A stretch of DNA of 64,000 bases from Neophaeotheca triangularis (GCA_054600435.1 BAAIJX010000006.1:434001-498000), one strand, 5' to 3'. Positions 23,304 to 36,346 are shown, counted from the stretch's first letter. The notes: generated by a model not told the origin, from the letters alone. Made by a program: numbers and translations.

Positions 23304-25740
23304 ATGGCCACCGGTCTGCACGAAGCAAACACCCTCCCCGACGCAGACTACTCCATCCCTCACCGTCATCCGCCGCCGATTCCACCACCTTCCGCACCCC
23401 CACCTTCCATGCCACCTCCTGCGATACCCAATGAGAACGCGAACAGCCGTCTAGGACGACAGCATCAGCGCGACGTTTCCGGCGAAAGCACCGAAGAAGG
23501 TTCGGGCAGGAGGCGTGGGAGCTTTGGTTTCTTGAGACGGAGCAGCAGCGCGAATCGCACTGGAGGTCCGGCCACGCGCATTGCTCAGGCGCATCGCGAG
23601 GCTGCTATCGCGGCGGCAGAAGGGAGGCAGAGTGAGGACTTCAACGACGGCGATAACAACAAGAACAACAACAGCAACAACAACACGTCTTCTTCCGGCC
23701 TCGGTTTAGGAAACGGGATCAAGATGTTGCGCAAGCATAGCAAAGCCAAAGCCGCGCAAGCGGAGCAGGAGAGACAGGCGAAAGCGCAGGAAGCGGCTGC
23801 CAGACCCATACCCCGTCTGCCTTCGCAGCTGCTGCCCAACGTGCAGGCAGGCATGGCCGGCGACGAGCAAAGACCCGACAGCGTCGCCATCTTCTCCGGC
23901 CACGGCCAAGGTCACGGCAACGCTCAACACTCTCACCCTCCTCAATACCCCAACCCCAACAGCAACTTCTCCCGCCCCGTCGCCGCCATGCCGCCTTCCA
24001 ACCAAAACAAGTACAGCAGCCCTGCCACTGGTTCCTCGTCGAGCTATGGCGCCCGCAGCAGCCCCATGCCCGGCAATGCTTTCGCTGCCGCTCAGCAGTC
24101 GAGCTCCATGTCCAGCGTGACCAATGGTGTCGGGTACGTTCCCGACTCCGATCGTTTGGAGAGCATGACGAATAGAGGGCGGTATAGTATTGGCTCTGCT
24201 TCGACCCCTGTTAACGTGAACAGTCCGCGCAGAGTGAGGAGACGCAAGGACCCGACGCCGTTCAAGTGAGTCCCAACAATTTTCGTTGCTAGTGGGGTGC
24301 TTTTACTGACTTGCTTGACACAGTGTTCTGGTCCTCGGAGCGAAGAATAGCGGCAAGACGTCCTTTATATCGTTCTTACAGCATACGCTCTCGCTGCCGG
24401 CTCATAAGCAGGCCTCTGTGCCGGAGACTAGGCAGGAGGGTGGTGGGAAGGGGAAGTCGACCTCGTTCTCCTCTACTTATATTGAGACGGAAATGAACGG
24501 CGAGCGGGTGGGACTTACCCTCTGGGATTCGGCTGGTCTGGAGAAGAATATTGTCGACCTGCAGCTGCGAGAGGTTACCGCTTTCATCGAAGCCAAGTTT
24601 GAAGATACCTTCACCGAGGAGCAAAAGGTCAATCGCAGCCCTGGAGCCAAAGACACTCACATTCACTGCGTATTTCTGGTGCTCGATCCAGTCAGACTTG
24701 ACGGCACTGTTGCGGTGGAATCTGCAGGCCACAAGGATGGTCCGAGTCTCACGAACATTGGCTGTCTGGATGACGACTTCGATTTGCAAGTCATGAGAGC
24801 TCTGTGGGGCAAAACAACCGTCATTCCTGTCGTCTCCAAAGCCGACACACTCACCATTCCGCACTTGTCTTTCCTGAAGCGCGCAGTCTGGCAGAGCATG
24901 CAAGACTCCAATATCAACCCACTCGAAGCTCTGGACCTCGAGCTCGATTCTGATGAAGACACTGACGAAGACGCGGGCGCATCCGACTCGGAAATCTCTC
25001 TCTCCGGCGAACGAGCCGTGCGTTCTCCCTCTGTAAATCGCACCGACGACTCCATCATCGACAACCTCGTCGATCGCAGCTCCTCAGACAGCGAAACCCG
25101 TTCTTCCTCCCCTCCCCACCCTGCAGCTCCAACGCCCAGACGCCCCGCCCATGCTCGCCAAACCAGCCGCATCTCCAACCTCTCCAACCCCATCCTCCCG
25201 GACAGCGAGGAGCCCTTCCTCCCCTTCTCCATGCTTTCCCCCGACCCGTACGACCTCCCACCTTACACCACTCCCCCCTCCAACCCCTCTACCCCACTCG
25301 GCCGCCGCTTCCCCTGGGGCACCGCCGACCCCCTAAACCCCGCCCACTGCGACTTTCCCCGACTGCGCGAAAGCATCTTCACCGACTGGCGCGCCGAACT
25401 CCGCGAAGCAAGCCGCGACAAATGGTACGAGCAATGGCGCACGACCCGCCTCAAAAACATCCCAGGCTCTCGCCAGCGTATCCGCGGCGGCGTGACACCC
25501 GTCGCTGCCGTGCCGAAGGAGGGCAGGGGCAGTCCCTCTGCCGGCAGGAACGGGGGCGTCAATGGCTCTCAGAACGGTGCTGGGAGTTCGTATGGTGTGG
25601 GCAGGAGCGCGAGCGTCGCGGCTACGAGCTCGAGTAATGGCTTTAGTCAAGTGGGCATGGCGGTCACGACGCCCGGGGATATGAGGGAGAGTACAAGGAT
25701 GGTTAGTGCTGGGAGTGGGAGGGGGGAGGTGGGGAGGTAG
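23304..25740 (+). CDS. Divergent septin GTPase (AspE/group-5-like) with a long disordered N-terminus; exons 23304-24265, 24324-25740
   Basis: Polybasic RRVRRRKDPTPFNVLVLGAKNSGKTS (G1), LTLWDSAG (G3), VIPVVSKAD (G4) and GRRFPWG..NPAHCDF septin unique element. Confidence 0.88.
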
Positions 25741-27551
25741 AGCAGAAGGGGGGAATGGGGCGGCTTTTTTCTTCTTCTTTTTTGGTGGTGGAAGTCGGCA
25801 CGCTGGGCTGCGCTGGGTGTGTACAACGGAAGTGGCAGAGGCGAGATGTCGCTGGGATCGGATGGGATGGAATATGTTTCTACACGAATGGCTCCCGGCG
25901 GACGAGAACAACCGATGCAAACACCGCTCGCTCTGCACATATGCGTACAGCAGAGATACGTACAGCACTTTTTGCGTGTCCAATACAGCAAAATTGATGG
26001 TTTGGGACGAATATGACGGGGCACGTGTAATGGCATGGCATGGCTTGGCTTGGCAAGAGACCACGAAGGGATTGCGAGGGATTATGTGTGGGTTTCTTTT
26101 CTTTTTTGCTTCGGCAGCGAAGATAGGGAGCGAGGGAAAGCAAGAGATTATCACAGCTTTTCTTGCTTTGGTCGGTTTCGCCGCTTCATTTCTCTACCGC
26201 TCTCCGACTAGCGCTTCGAGTGTTTTATATACCCCCTTTTTTACATAGCTTTCCTCCCTTTTTTTTTCCCCCTCAACCGGCCTTTACGAGCCTTTCACCT
26301 CGCTTCTTTACTTGAGCCCTTCACCACTTTCTGTCTTATGAGTGGTAATTATCGATCATGTTGTAATTTCATACACCTACCTATTGCAACAGCTTCTCGC
26401 CAACCGTCCTGTAGAGTTACATATCCCTACCTACATGCATCCACGGCATCGACGCCTTTCCCCCCTTTTCTCTCTTCCATCCAACCGCCGCTCTTGCACG
26501 AGCATGCCATACTAACCCCTGGTACCGAGCCGGACCTTTCCTTGCTCCATGGCCAGCCGTACTATACCGCCAGGAGTTCACGGCTGGGGGTTGGTGATGC
26601 TTTGCTCGCACGACTAGAGCTATGGGGTTGCCTCGACGCTCGTCGAGACTGCTGATTTGGCTTCTTTGATTTTTCTGCCGTTTCGGAGGTCTTGATGGCG
26701 TGGCTCTGCGGGGTGCGTGTTGGTCGCGTGGCGCTGTCGTTTGCTGAAAGGCCTGGACGGAGCGGTTCCGGGCTGGAGGAGGTCGAGGTATCGGTGGGTC
26801 TTTGCGCTTGGCTTGCCTCTTTGCTTGCTGGGTTGGAGGCTTAGTCTTTCTCCCCCCTTTTTTTTTCTTTTTCTTTGGAGGTGTAGAGGTTGTTATCTGG
26901 CCAAGTGGCGCGGTCGTGTAATGCGGATGTACGATTGATACGGTGGGTGTAGGGGCCCGGTGTCGTTCACACTCTTCGGCGCTTCTTTCGCGCTGGTTGT
27001 TGGAGGGACTATTGCGTCGACCATGCTCCTCGACGCGAGTTCCTCTGCTGGTTCGGGAACCTGCTGTTGAAATTCTCGTCCGGGGTCGAGGTTTTTGGCG
27101 GATATATTGGCATCGAGGTGTCCTTCGGTGCTCTGAGTCCTATGACTGACGTCCCTGGGACTGGTATTGGCTGCGCTGTGGTCTTTGACGACTACCTAAC
27201 AGATGAGTTCATCAGATAAAATGCTCAGGATGGAAAGCGACCGTCCTTGCTACTGAGGGGGCGATCGTTCGGATCAACGTCAGCGAGGAAGCTACGCTTG
27301 ACAGCGATCACCCTCATCCAGCGAATATGAAGTCTAGGTGAAGTGTCCGATGTGAGATTTTCGGTAAGGCCTGACATGAAAACGATGGAGTAATAGGGAG
27401 TCCTGAGCCTTTGCTTATAGCCGAATATCTCGACCTGCTGGAACCGTCTAGGCACCTTAAGGACATGGTAGAAGTCATGAGGCATCCTTGCTATCAAGTT
27501 ACCGCCCAATACGGGTGGCAATGGCTTCAAACCATACAGCCATCCGCACTA

Positions 27552-29819
27552 TCATCCCAACACCATCAAAACCCGCTCGAGCTTGGCGGCCGACCACGCC
27601 TTCTCAGCAATCTCACCAATATTCACGCGGTAAGCAATTCCATCTTCCCACTGAACCTGCAGCACAGTCACATAGGCCTCGCAGTCGAAATGCATAATCT
27701 GGCGTCTTCCAATGGCCACAAATATCTGACGCTCACTGTCACGGCCTTTTGCCCAGTGCGAGGCTTGCATAGGTCCGACGGAGCCGACCACAGAATTTTT
27801 TGCGTCGCGGATGGTGGCGTTCCTGGTCGGCGTCTTGTCACTGGACGGTCTGGCCAAGGTATATCGCGCGGCTGCGATATTTCGACTCCCTTCCTTGGAG
27901 CACCAAAAGAAAGCGCGTTCGGCCCAGAAAAATAAGAGGTGGCCTGATGGCGTGTCGGCTAGGATCTCGCGAGATGGACTCTCCGTTCTGATTATCTCGT
28001 GTTGGAGAGTCGTGTCAGCTTCATCGTCGTTGCTCGCCGGTGACAGTTCGATTTTTGAGTCCGTTATTTGGTGAATGTGGGCGTTGACGATGGCGATTTC
28101 GCTGCGCTGCATCAGCCGTTGCTATCTTCAGGGAGTCATGTTCTACTGGACGTACCCAAGTTCATACCGCTCATTGGTTACGGAAATGTACGCTTCGCCA
28201 AACCAGCCCATCCACGACCAGCTTGGGAAGCGCACTTTACGGTTCAAATTGGTCATGGGAAGAGTGCTCAAGTCCTCCCGCCGCCGCAAGCCATAAAACG
28301 TCGACCAGGCCAGGGCCTCGTTGAAGCGACTCTGCGGCAATCCCCAGCGGAATCGCTCGCCGTGGATTCGGAGCATATTCTGCTCAATGCCAGCAAAAGC
28401 ATTGTACACGTCACCGGACTGACCAAGCTCTCTCTGCGTAAAACGTACAACAGCCAGGCGGTAGCGTATCCAGAGCCTCTCTTTCTCGTCCAGAGGCTCC
28501 GAATACTGCCTTTCCAATCCCAGGCTTAAATCAAAGGACGCCTGCTCGTAGGGACACAGCCGCACGCCGTGTTCAAAGTACGATTCCTCGCAGAAGGTGT
28601 CCCGGTTACATGAGAAGTAGACTTGTTCCTTGGTAAAAGTCAGCACCCTCCGCGCCAAATGTCTTTCTTGAAATGTCCAGCCGCGGCTGTCCCACATTGT
28701 GTCAGCGGCGTGGTGGGCGTTGGGACCGCCCTTGGGATCCAACGTTGTCAGGAGGGAAAGGCCCGGGGTTCCACCACTGGGTGGAAGCACCATCACCTCT
28801 TCCTGGACCGTGTGTCGTGTACCGGGTCGTAAGCCAGGAAGCCCTGCATCGGCATTGTCGCCTGATGCGGCTACGACAGTGACATCTGCACTGTTGTAGA
28901 TCCGGCCCATTGCTGATATCTGGACTTTCTTGTCTCCATTGGAATTTTGAATAATGCATAGGCCGTCGATCCATATGTAGCGAAAGCTCATCCTACGTGC
29001 GAGCTCAATGGCATCGCCAATTGTAGTAGAGACGGAGTCTGCACTGAGAACTCCAGGCTTGCAGAGCTCTTCCAGGTTTTCCCAGGTCAGCATCAACCTC
29101 TGCTTCTGCTTACCCCAGACATAACTCAAGGCCAGGTAGCGGATACTGCTTAGGTGTACGTTGTCCAGCCTGACAATGGCGTTGGCGTCGACGTCTACGA
29201 AGCGTATATATGCAACTCGCTCCCCGTCTTCCAAAGGCTGGCATGACGAGCCATGCTGCCCCTGGCAAATGTCGAGCCAATGGCGAAGCCACAACACGTT
29301 GAGATACAGCGGGCGTAAACGGCCACTGAAGAGTGTTTCGCACTGCGGTGGCTGAGATTCCTCGAGCAATTGTGCTTCCTTGTCGCCGCTCACATCTGCA
29401 GTGCCAACGCTACATGCTTGGAAGCAGTGCCTAGCGTGGCTACCCGTCCAGTCCTGCTCCTGGCCTACTTCAGTAGTGAAGATGCTCAGTCGACATAGAA
29501 ATCTCTTCTCCTCATTCGAGAGGACGTAGACTCCGTAGTACCCGTTGGAAAAGCAGCATTCCGTCTTCGCTTCCTGCACGGAGGTGAAGGTCGATCGAGA
29601 GGTCAAAACTTTCAGGACCAAGAAGCATAGCCGGCAGCTGTATGCACGCTCTCGCACCGTACTGACCAGGCCGAGCGGGAATGATTTCTGCCTGTGGCCT
29701 GCTAATATATTCGACCGTGGAGCTGCATCACTCGAAGGCTGGTTGATCTCAAGCAGAGACGGGCATCGTAGCGTTTCAAAGTCAAGGGCACGGCATGCAT
29801 CACAGAGACCCGATGCCAT
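27552..29819 (-). CDS. HET (heterokaryon incompatibility) domain protein; exons 29819-28156, 28101-27552
   Basis: YLALSYVWG, YIWIDGLCIIQ, MGRIYNSA, RGWTFQE and FPSWSWMGW; exon 2 ends in the typical W..GIAYRV...W.......LG tail. Confidence 0.92.
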
Positions 29820-30722
29820 AGTCGAACCGCGTCCTTTTCTAAGTTACCAGGGCAAAGGTCGGCGGCATGGCAGCGAGACCGGGCTGTAGATAGAGAGGAG
29901 GTCGGTTGCATGCTAGCTTCGAGTGCGGCCTGGGGCGTCCAGCAGGTTCAATGCATCCTCGAGTACTTGCTATCATGTCTCCTGCGTATGTGATCCGACA
30001 CCTGTGCGCCACGGAGAGGCTGGTATATAGCAGCGTAGTTGTCCGATCCGCTCTCGCCTCGACCCACGCCTCCAGCCCCCATCAATGCAAGCGCACCTTC
30101 ACCCCCTTAGCTTCCCGCATGATCGACCCGATGCAGCATCGTCAATTCTTCAGTATTCGTGTTCTGCCATGGGAGCTGTTGGTCCTAGCATTTGGTACAT
30201 GTTAAGTGTACCCGCATTCCCCAAGCCCATCGAGCGCCAGACCATAAAGAACCTCAAACACACCACGGCACGTCCATCAGCTGACCCCAGCAGTAACCCA
30301 GTTCGTACTCTACTTAGCAACGCTCACGTCAAACAATGCGTGCAAGTCTCGACTGCCGAGCAGCGTGGCAAGATCGCGCCCAAGACATGGCTTGCATCTA
30401 CCCCCGCGTTCGAGCTCGACTGCCCATACAGCTTCTGTCACGGTTAACACCAACTTTGGGAACCTCTCGCTAATGCGACCCAATACAATGGCAAGCAGCG
30501 GCCTCGCCGGTCTGGAGCGGAGGGAACAGGCGAGTGCGAAGGTCAAATGGCACGGGTTCAGATGTAGGGATGGGTTTTCATCGCGTTATATGAACTGGCG
30601 GCGTCCTTGACACGAAACCATGTAGCTTCGTTCTTGCCGGTTGTCCTCGTCGTATTTCTCTACGCTTCAGTCACTCTGCAATTTCCACTTCACAAAATCT
30701 CGCTCTCTGAAACATCCCAACC

Positions 30723-31664
30723 ATGTCAGCCGACTGTGTACAAAGGCGCGTCTCCTCAAACGGTGACGACGACATCGAAGCCTCGAAGCACCACCTAAAC
30801 CTCACACAAACGCAGTCCACAAGCGGCATGACGATTTCCCCCGAGCTGTTCGAAAAGCTATACCTCACGCCCAAGGTCCCTCAAGCGCGCTTTGCAAACC
30901 CAACACCCCTCGGTTTCTTGGGCTTCGTAATCTCGACCTTTACGTTTTCCATCGTCTTGATGGGTTGGGGAGACGCGAACGGGCTCGCTGGCGTCGCTGG
31001 AATCTTCTTCTTCGTGGGGCCGGTTTTGTTGCTGTTGACTACAATCTTTGAGTGGATTATGGGGAACTTCTTCCCGGTGAGTTGCACGAGGTTTGAGCAG
31101 ACTGTGTTGAATCTGACGTGGACGTTTAGATGATGGTCTGTGGCTTGTTCTCGGTTTTCTGGCTTTCCTTCGGCCTGCTGCAGCTGCCTTCGCTTGGCCT
31201 CGCAGCCGCATATTCTGCCACCGGAGACGCCGCCGAGGGGGCTGCAAGCCGAGAGTATAACGCGGTCATTGGGTTATACCTGATTGTTTGGGGCTTCGCG
31301 TTGTTGACCTTCTTCGTCTTCACGCTCAAGACGAATATGGTCTTCGCTGGGATTTTCGGCTTCGTGACGCTTGGGGTTTGGATCCTGGCGGGTGCGTATT
31401 TCAGGGTCGGCAGCGGAGACTATGACACAGCTTTGCAACTGCAAAAGGTGAGTCCCTCTGTGCAGGCTCATGAGGAAGATAGCTGATCTTCTTCTTTAGG
31501 CTGGTGGCGCAATGCTATTCATCGTCGCGATCCTGGGTTGGTACATGACATTCGTTATTATGGCTACGGAAATGCGACTCGGCATCAACTTCTGGGTTGG
31601 CGATCTCAGCCATTTTTGGCCAAGCACGAATGTCCCGATGGGCGACGTAGAGAAGCAGACATAA
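30723..31664 (+). CDS. GPR1/FUN34/YaaH (AceTr) family membrane protein, AlcS-like; exons 30723-31076, 31130-31447, 31500-31664
   Basis: TISPELFEKLYL, FANPTPLG (NPAPLG-motif variant), EWIMGNFF, about six TM segments and C-terminal VGDLS. Confidence 0.92.
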
Positions 31665-32028
31665 GGACCGGTCGGATAAGGAGGGTGCTGCGGCAGTCTT
31701 GTTGGCTTCTTACGTACCGGGATCTCTTCCGAAGTTGCTGCCGAGGATAGCTATGTGCCGAGGCGAGGTAGTTATCAGTATCTAGAACTAGGCATTGTGT
31801 TTTCCGTTTGGCGCAATGAGAAAGTAATAGTTGCTTGACCGGCGGCCAAGTGCTTTTTGGACACCTATGGGGGGGCCTAAATTGACCTGATCGCTTCGTG
31901 TAGAAAAGGAGGTTTTGGAAATCCCATTCCTCATGTCGCATGAGTGTTGCCATATGCGGCGGGGTCGTGTTGAGACCATCATCGACGTATCAATTCGAGG
32001 AGATAGATATTTGTTCGGGCACGACCGC

Positions 32029-32628
32029 TCAGCCTGGCCGTGACCTTCGATCGTCGTAATAGTCGGCATCTCTCCTACGCTCTCTCCTCGAGACTCTTGA
32101 AGTGCCTCTCGAGTCCGGCGGTGGCGCCTCAATTCGTCTCATTCTTCTCTTATCTTCCCGCTCACCCTCATGCTCTGCAGGCACATACCCTATCCTTCTC
32201 CTCTCCACACCAGGACTATGGCTTCTATCCCGTCCATGTCTATCTTCCAACCTATCTTCATGCCTCCGCCTCTCAGCCTTGCGTTTTGCAAAGTCCTTCT
32301 TGCGTTTCCTTTTCTCCTCGCGCTCCTTCTCTTCTCTCTTGTTGCTCCAGATCTTGAAGACGCCTGCTACGAGGGCAAGGAGACCCACTGCTATGCCTGC
32401 CTTGCCTGCGTTGGATAAATCATGGTCATCATCGCGAGAAGTTTGCTGGGTACGGTAAGATGACTGGGTGCGACGAGAAGACTGAGTACGACGAGACGAG
32501 CGGCTACTGCGAGAATCGTAGGAGGATGTGGAAGGTGAGCGATTGCGCCTCTGAGGTCGACGGCGGCTCCTGTCTGTTGTGTAGCTATCATCGCTGTCGT
32601 AACGATCGTCTCGATTGTACCGTGACAT
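32029..32628 (-). CDS. Hypothetical Arg/Ser-rich single-pass membrane protein (199 aa)
   Basis: ATG ORF; one hydrophobic segment AGIAVGLLALVAGVF followed by a charged helix. Confidence 0.65.
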   Translation of the reverse strand: MSRYNRDDRYDSDDSYTTDRSRRRPQRRNRSPSTSSYDSRSSRSSRRTQSSRRTQSSYRTQQTSRDDDHDLSNAGKAGIAVGLLALVAGVFKIWSNKREEKEREEKRKRKKDFAKRKAERRRHEDRLEDRHGRDRSHSPGVERRRIGYVPAEHEGEREDKRRMRRIEAPPPDSRGTSRVSRRERRRDADYYDDRRSRPG

Positions 32629-33009
32629 ATTTGCGCGTGTGGTGGTGAAGTCTGTCGGAGGAAGACTACATGTATCTGTCGAAGAGAACCTTCAAAAGGC
32701 CGGGCGGCTGCGGAAGAAGCAGGCTCAGCACAGCAGTGGCAGGCCAGGCCAGGGAACTTCACTCGGGTGCCTGGAAGTGCTCGGCTGACATCAGGCTCCA
32801 CTTTTGTTACTATGCTTGCAGACCTGACAGCTGCAACGACATGCGACACTCGTCACATTCACCCGGACAGGTGGTGACAGCAAAACGTGCCGAACAGCCC
32901 ACTGCGCTCTGAGTGCTCTTCACATTCCGCGTTTTGCTGACAGATGGATGGCGAACCTACCTTAGAACATACCTTAAGCTAACGTGATAGCTGACTTGCG
33001 TGATTTTAT

Positions 33010-34170
33010 ATGTATGGCCTTTTGAGACGTCCCAAGGTCCTTCCAACGACAACGCTACAAGCCTGCCCTACTTTGCGACAACCTTCACCAATCGTACCAA
33101 ATATTGCACGAAATCTCGGCACGATGGATCCAAACTCTCTTCCTTCATCCTGGCACGCTGGGTCACAGGACTCCTTCCACGGAAAAATCACGCCTGATGG
33201 ACCGTTCCCGCCCCAGAAGAACCGTTACCACTTATACATCGGACTGTTCTGTCCCTTCGCCCACCGTGCGAATCTCCTGGTTCACCTCAAGCAACTGCAT
33301 GAGTACGCGGGCATTGACACCAGCATCGTCAGACCGTACCCCAAGGGAGACGACAAGGGATGGCCGGGATGGCGATTCAATGTTCCCAATGAGCCCGATT
33401 ACGAAGGCGCCACCGTAGACAAGCTCTTCGGCAGTAAATACCTTCACGAGCTCTACTTCAAGTGCGATAAGGACTACAAAGGACGATACTCCGTGCCCGT
33501 ACTATGGGACAAACAACGCAATGTCATCGTCAACAACGAATCTGCTGAATTGCTGCGAGACTTGCAGACGTGCTTCAACCCTCTGCTCCCTCGTGAGATC
33601 GCCGAAATCGACCTTTACCCCGAGCCGCTGAGAGAGAAAATCGACCGCATCAGCGTCTGGATGCAACGCGACCTCAACACAGGAGTTTACAAAGCTGGCT
33701 TTGCACCGGACCAAGAGACCTACGAAAAGAACCTTCCAGCCGTCTTCGCTTCACTCAACGCTCTCGAGAAGATCGCCCACTCGCATCCGGGCCCGTATCT
33801 CCTAGGCGAGCAACTGACTGAACTCGACATCCGAGCCTACTCGACTATCATCCGTTTCGATGTCGTCTACGTCCAGCATTTCAAGTGTAATCTCGGCATG
33901 GTACGCCACGACTACCCGGTCCTGTACGCTTGGCTGAGGTTCTTGTATTGGAGGCATCCGGAATTTGCGAGCACGACAGACTTCCGACACATTAAGGAGA
34001 ATTATACCAAGAGTCACGGTGGTATCAACCCAAAAGCGATTACTCCTGTGGGGCCCTGGCCGGACATTGACGGGATCGAGGGAGAAGAAATCGATGGGTC
34101 GAAGATTCGCCCAGGCGGGACAAGGAAGCAAGATGTTGTCGAGTATGAGGAGAACAAACTCGAAGGGTAA
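33010..34170 (+). CDS. Glutathionyl-hydroquinone reductase / omega-like GST (Ecm4/Gto/YqjG family)
   Basis: RYHLYIGLFCPFAHR, YSVPVLWDK, IVNNESAE, NTGVYKAGFA, RFDVVYVQHFKCN, HIKENY..SH..INP. Confidence 0.93.
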   Translation: MYGLLRRPKVLPTTTLQACPTLRQPSPIVPNIARNLGTMDPNSLPSSWHAGSQDSFHGKITPDGPFPPQKNRYHLYIGLFCPFAHRANLLVHLKQLHEYAGIDTSIVRPYPKGDDKGWPGWRFNVPNEPDYEGATVDKLFGSKYLHELYFKCDKDYKGRYSVPVLWDKQRNVIVNNESAELLRDLQTCFNPLLPREIAEIDLYPEPLREKIDRISVWMQRDLNTGVYKAGFAPDQETYEKNLPAVFASLNALEKIAHSHPGPYLLGEQLTELDIRAYSTIIRFDVVYVQHFKCNLGMVRHDYPVLYAWLRFLYWRHPEFASTTDFRHIKENYTKSHGGINPKAITPVGPWPDIDGIEGEEIDGSKIRPGGTRKQDVVEYEENKLEG

Positions 34171-34922
34171 ACTTTATATTGTCATTATAAGTTACTATGT
34201 TTCGTATTGTACACAAGCCGTGCCGAACATTTCCTCAGTTTCCCCCACCTTGTCGCAGAGATGCATCCAGTCCAAACGCGTAGGGCTTGGCATGCATCTC
34301 TGCATGCCACCACAACAGGGGAGCTCTAGCCGAACATGTACCAAGGGCCACCCAGCCAGCAACCTCACCTGCATTTCCAGAAAGCATCAAAACCTCTTTC
34401 ACTTTGAAGTACACCCAAAGCCTTTACTGCTCTCTTCGCAAGCACGGCCCAAGATCTTTGTGAAGCCTTTAGGCTTTCTTCTTCACTGGCCTCCGAACCC
34501 TTGTGATCACCTGCCGAGCCCTGCCCTCGCAACGACCCGTTCCGCCGCTTCGAGCCCAACGATCTCCGCAGCTCCAATCGCGCTGGTCCTTGCGCCCAGG
34601 ACCCCGACGACCTTCACCAATTGACCACCTCTACCCGCCGACCAAGCGACCGCGCTGTTCACTGCTCTAGGGCCGACCAATTGGACCTACGTGAAGCTTT
34701 AACAGTAACCTATTGTACGAGCTGAAAACGCCAGAGGTCCAACCGGAATACCAGCTGCTTTGTCCCTGTTTTACTCACTGGACCCTTTCGCATCGACCAA
34801 CGTGGTAGCATATAAGGACAGAGGGGAGCTACCAGAGCACTTCCGGGCCTTAGCTCGAGCTCAAGCAAGCGCTCTCAAGAGCCAGGATATCGCAGGAGAG
34901 AAAGAAAATCACATCCGGCAAC

Positions 34923-35807
34923 ATGGCGACACCGGCGACGCAGAGCTTAAAGGTGGATACTGAGTTGCGAGGAGCTCCTGAAGAAACGTATGCTAACAAT
35001 TTGCGCATAGTGCGTTGTGACTGGCGATGGTGCTGTCGGCAAAGTATGACAACCAAGACGCTCTATTGCAACCCTGCTCCTGGCTAATAGCTCTTCAGAC
35101 CTGTCTTCTCATATCCTACACCACAAATGCCTTCCCAGGAGAATATATTCCCACAGTGTACGGAGATCCCATCTTAGCTGGAAAGTGATCGAGGGCGGAC
35201 GTTGACTTGAATGCAGCTTTGACAACTATTCCGCGAGCGTAATGGTCGATAACAAACCCATAAGCCTTGGACTGTGGGATACTGCCGGGCAGGAAGACTA
35301 CGACCGTCTACGACCGCTCTCATACCCACAGACGGACGTCTTCCTCATTTGCTTCTCCATCGTCAGCCCGTCATCTTTCGACAACGTCAAGGCCAAGGTT
35401 TGTTCGACCTTCTCCTCCGCTGTCGTGGCATCCCGAGCATCAGCTGACACTACAGCTCAGTGGTTCCCTGAGATCGAACACCACGCGCCCAACGTCCCTA
35501 TAATCCTCGTAGGCACCAAGCTTGATCTCCGGGAAGACCCTGAGGTGCGGGAACAGCTCAGACAACGCAAAATGGCACCTATACAATACGAGCAGGCTGT
35601 GGTAGTCGCAAAGGACATTCGAGCTGTCAAGTACCTCGAGTGCTCCGCACTTACGCAGAGGAATTTGAAGAGTGTGTTTGACGAGGCTATCAAGTGAGTA
35701 TGCCGGCACTAGGGGCACGTCTCGCAGCACACTGACGCAAACGTAGGGCCGTTATCTCACCGCGACCACCCCCGAAGAACAAGAAGTCCAAGTGCACCAT
35801 CCTCTGA
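34923..35807 (+). CDS. rac1: Rac small GTPase; exons 34923-34952, 35011-35043, 35099-35157, 35217-35397, 35461-35693, 35747-35807
   Basis: [74 protein letters not shown]; the NAFPGEY and LW residues distinguish it from Cdc42. Confidence 0.97.
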
Positions 35808-36311
35808 GCGAGCATTTTCCGACCAAAAGCGAACAATTTGTTCTACACTCGCCCAAGAGTCCACACGTTCGGCCTCTTGCGATCGAAGAAGAAATAGAAA
35901 GCACCGCACTCCGGAGCATTGCGATTCTTTGGCATACAGTCTCCACAGACATGAGTGCGTTACCACGATGCGAGGAGTTTTGGGTTGGTACTTGGCCTTC
36001 CGCTTGGAAATGTCCAAGGGACACGAATATGACGAAGCGGGCGTAGGCGGCGAAGTGATGGGCATTTTTGAAATCGTTTACCAAGCTACTTGCTTCGAGC
36101 GGCTGCTTCTTGGACTCGGAGGCCTCTGCTACGATGAGCTAGTGGGTGCCATTTGCCCATTTAGTTTGTAGATAGGCTGGTTTGAAGTCCTTTACGAGAT
36201 TTGCGAGTCTAGTCTACCCTTTAACCTTGTTCCTTCGCTCATTCTCATGAATGGTATGTTGAATTACTCACTAGCAGGTGTTTATGCTGGAAAGTTCACT
36301 CGTAGAATCAT

Positions 36312-36346
36312 GTCACGTGATCTAAAAGCCTAGAGAGCCAATGAAT
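36312..36346 (+). promoter_or_regulatory. GTCACGTGA E-box plus AGCCAAT (CCAAT/HAP-type) box upstream of MIX17
   Basis: Both motifs lie about 190-215 nt upstream of the ATG of a mitochondrial gene; function is inferred. Confidence 0.4.
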
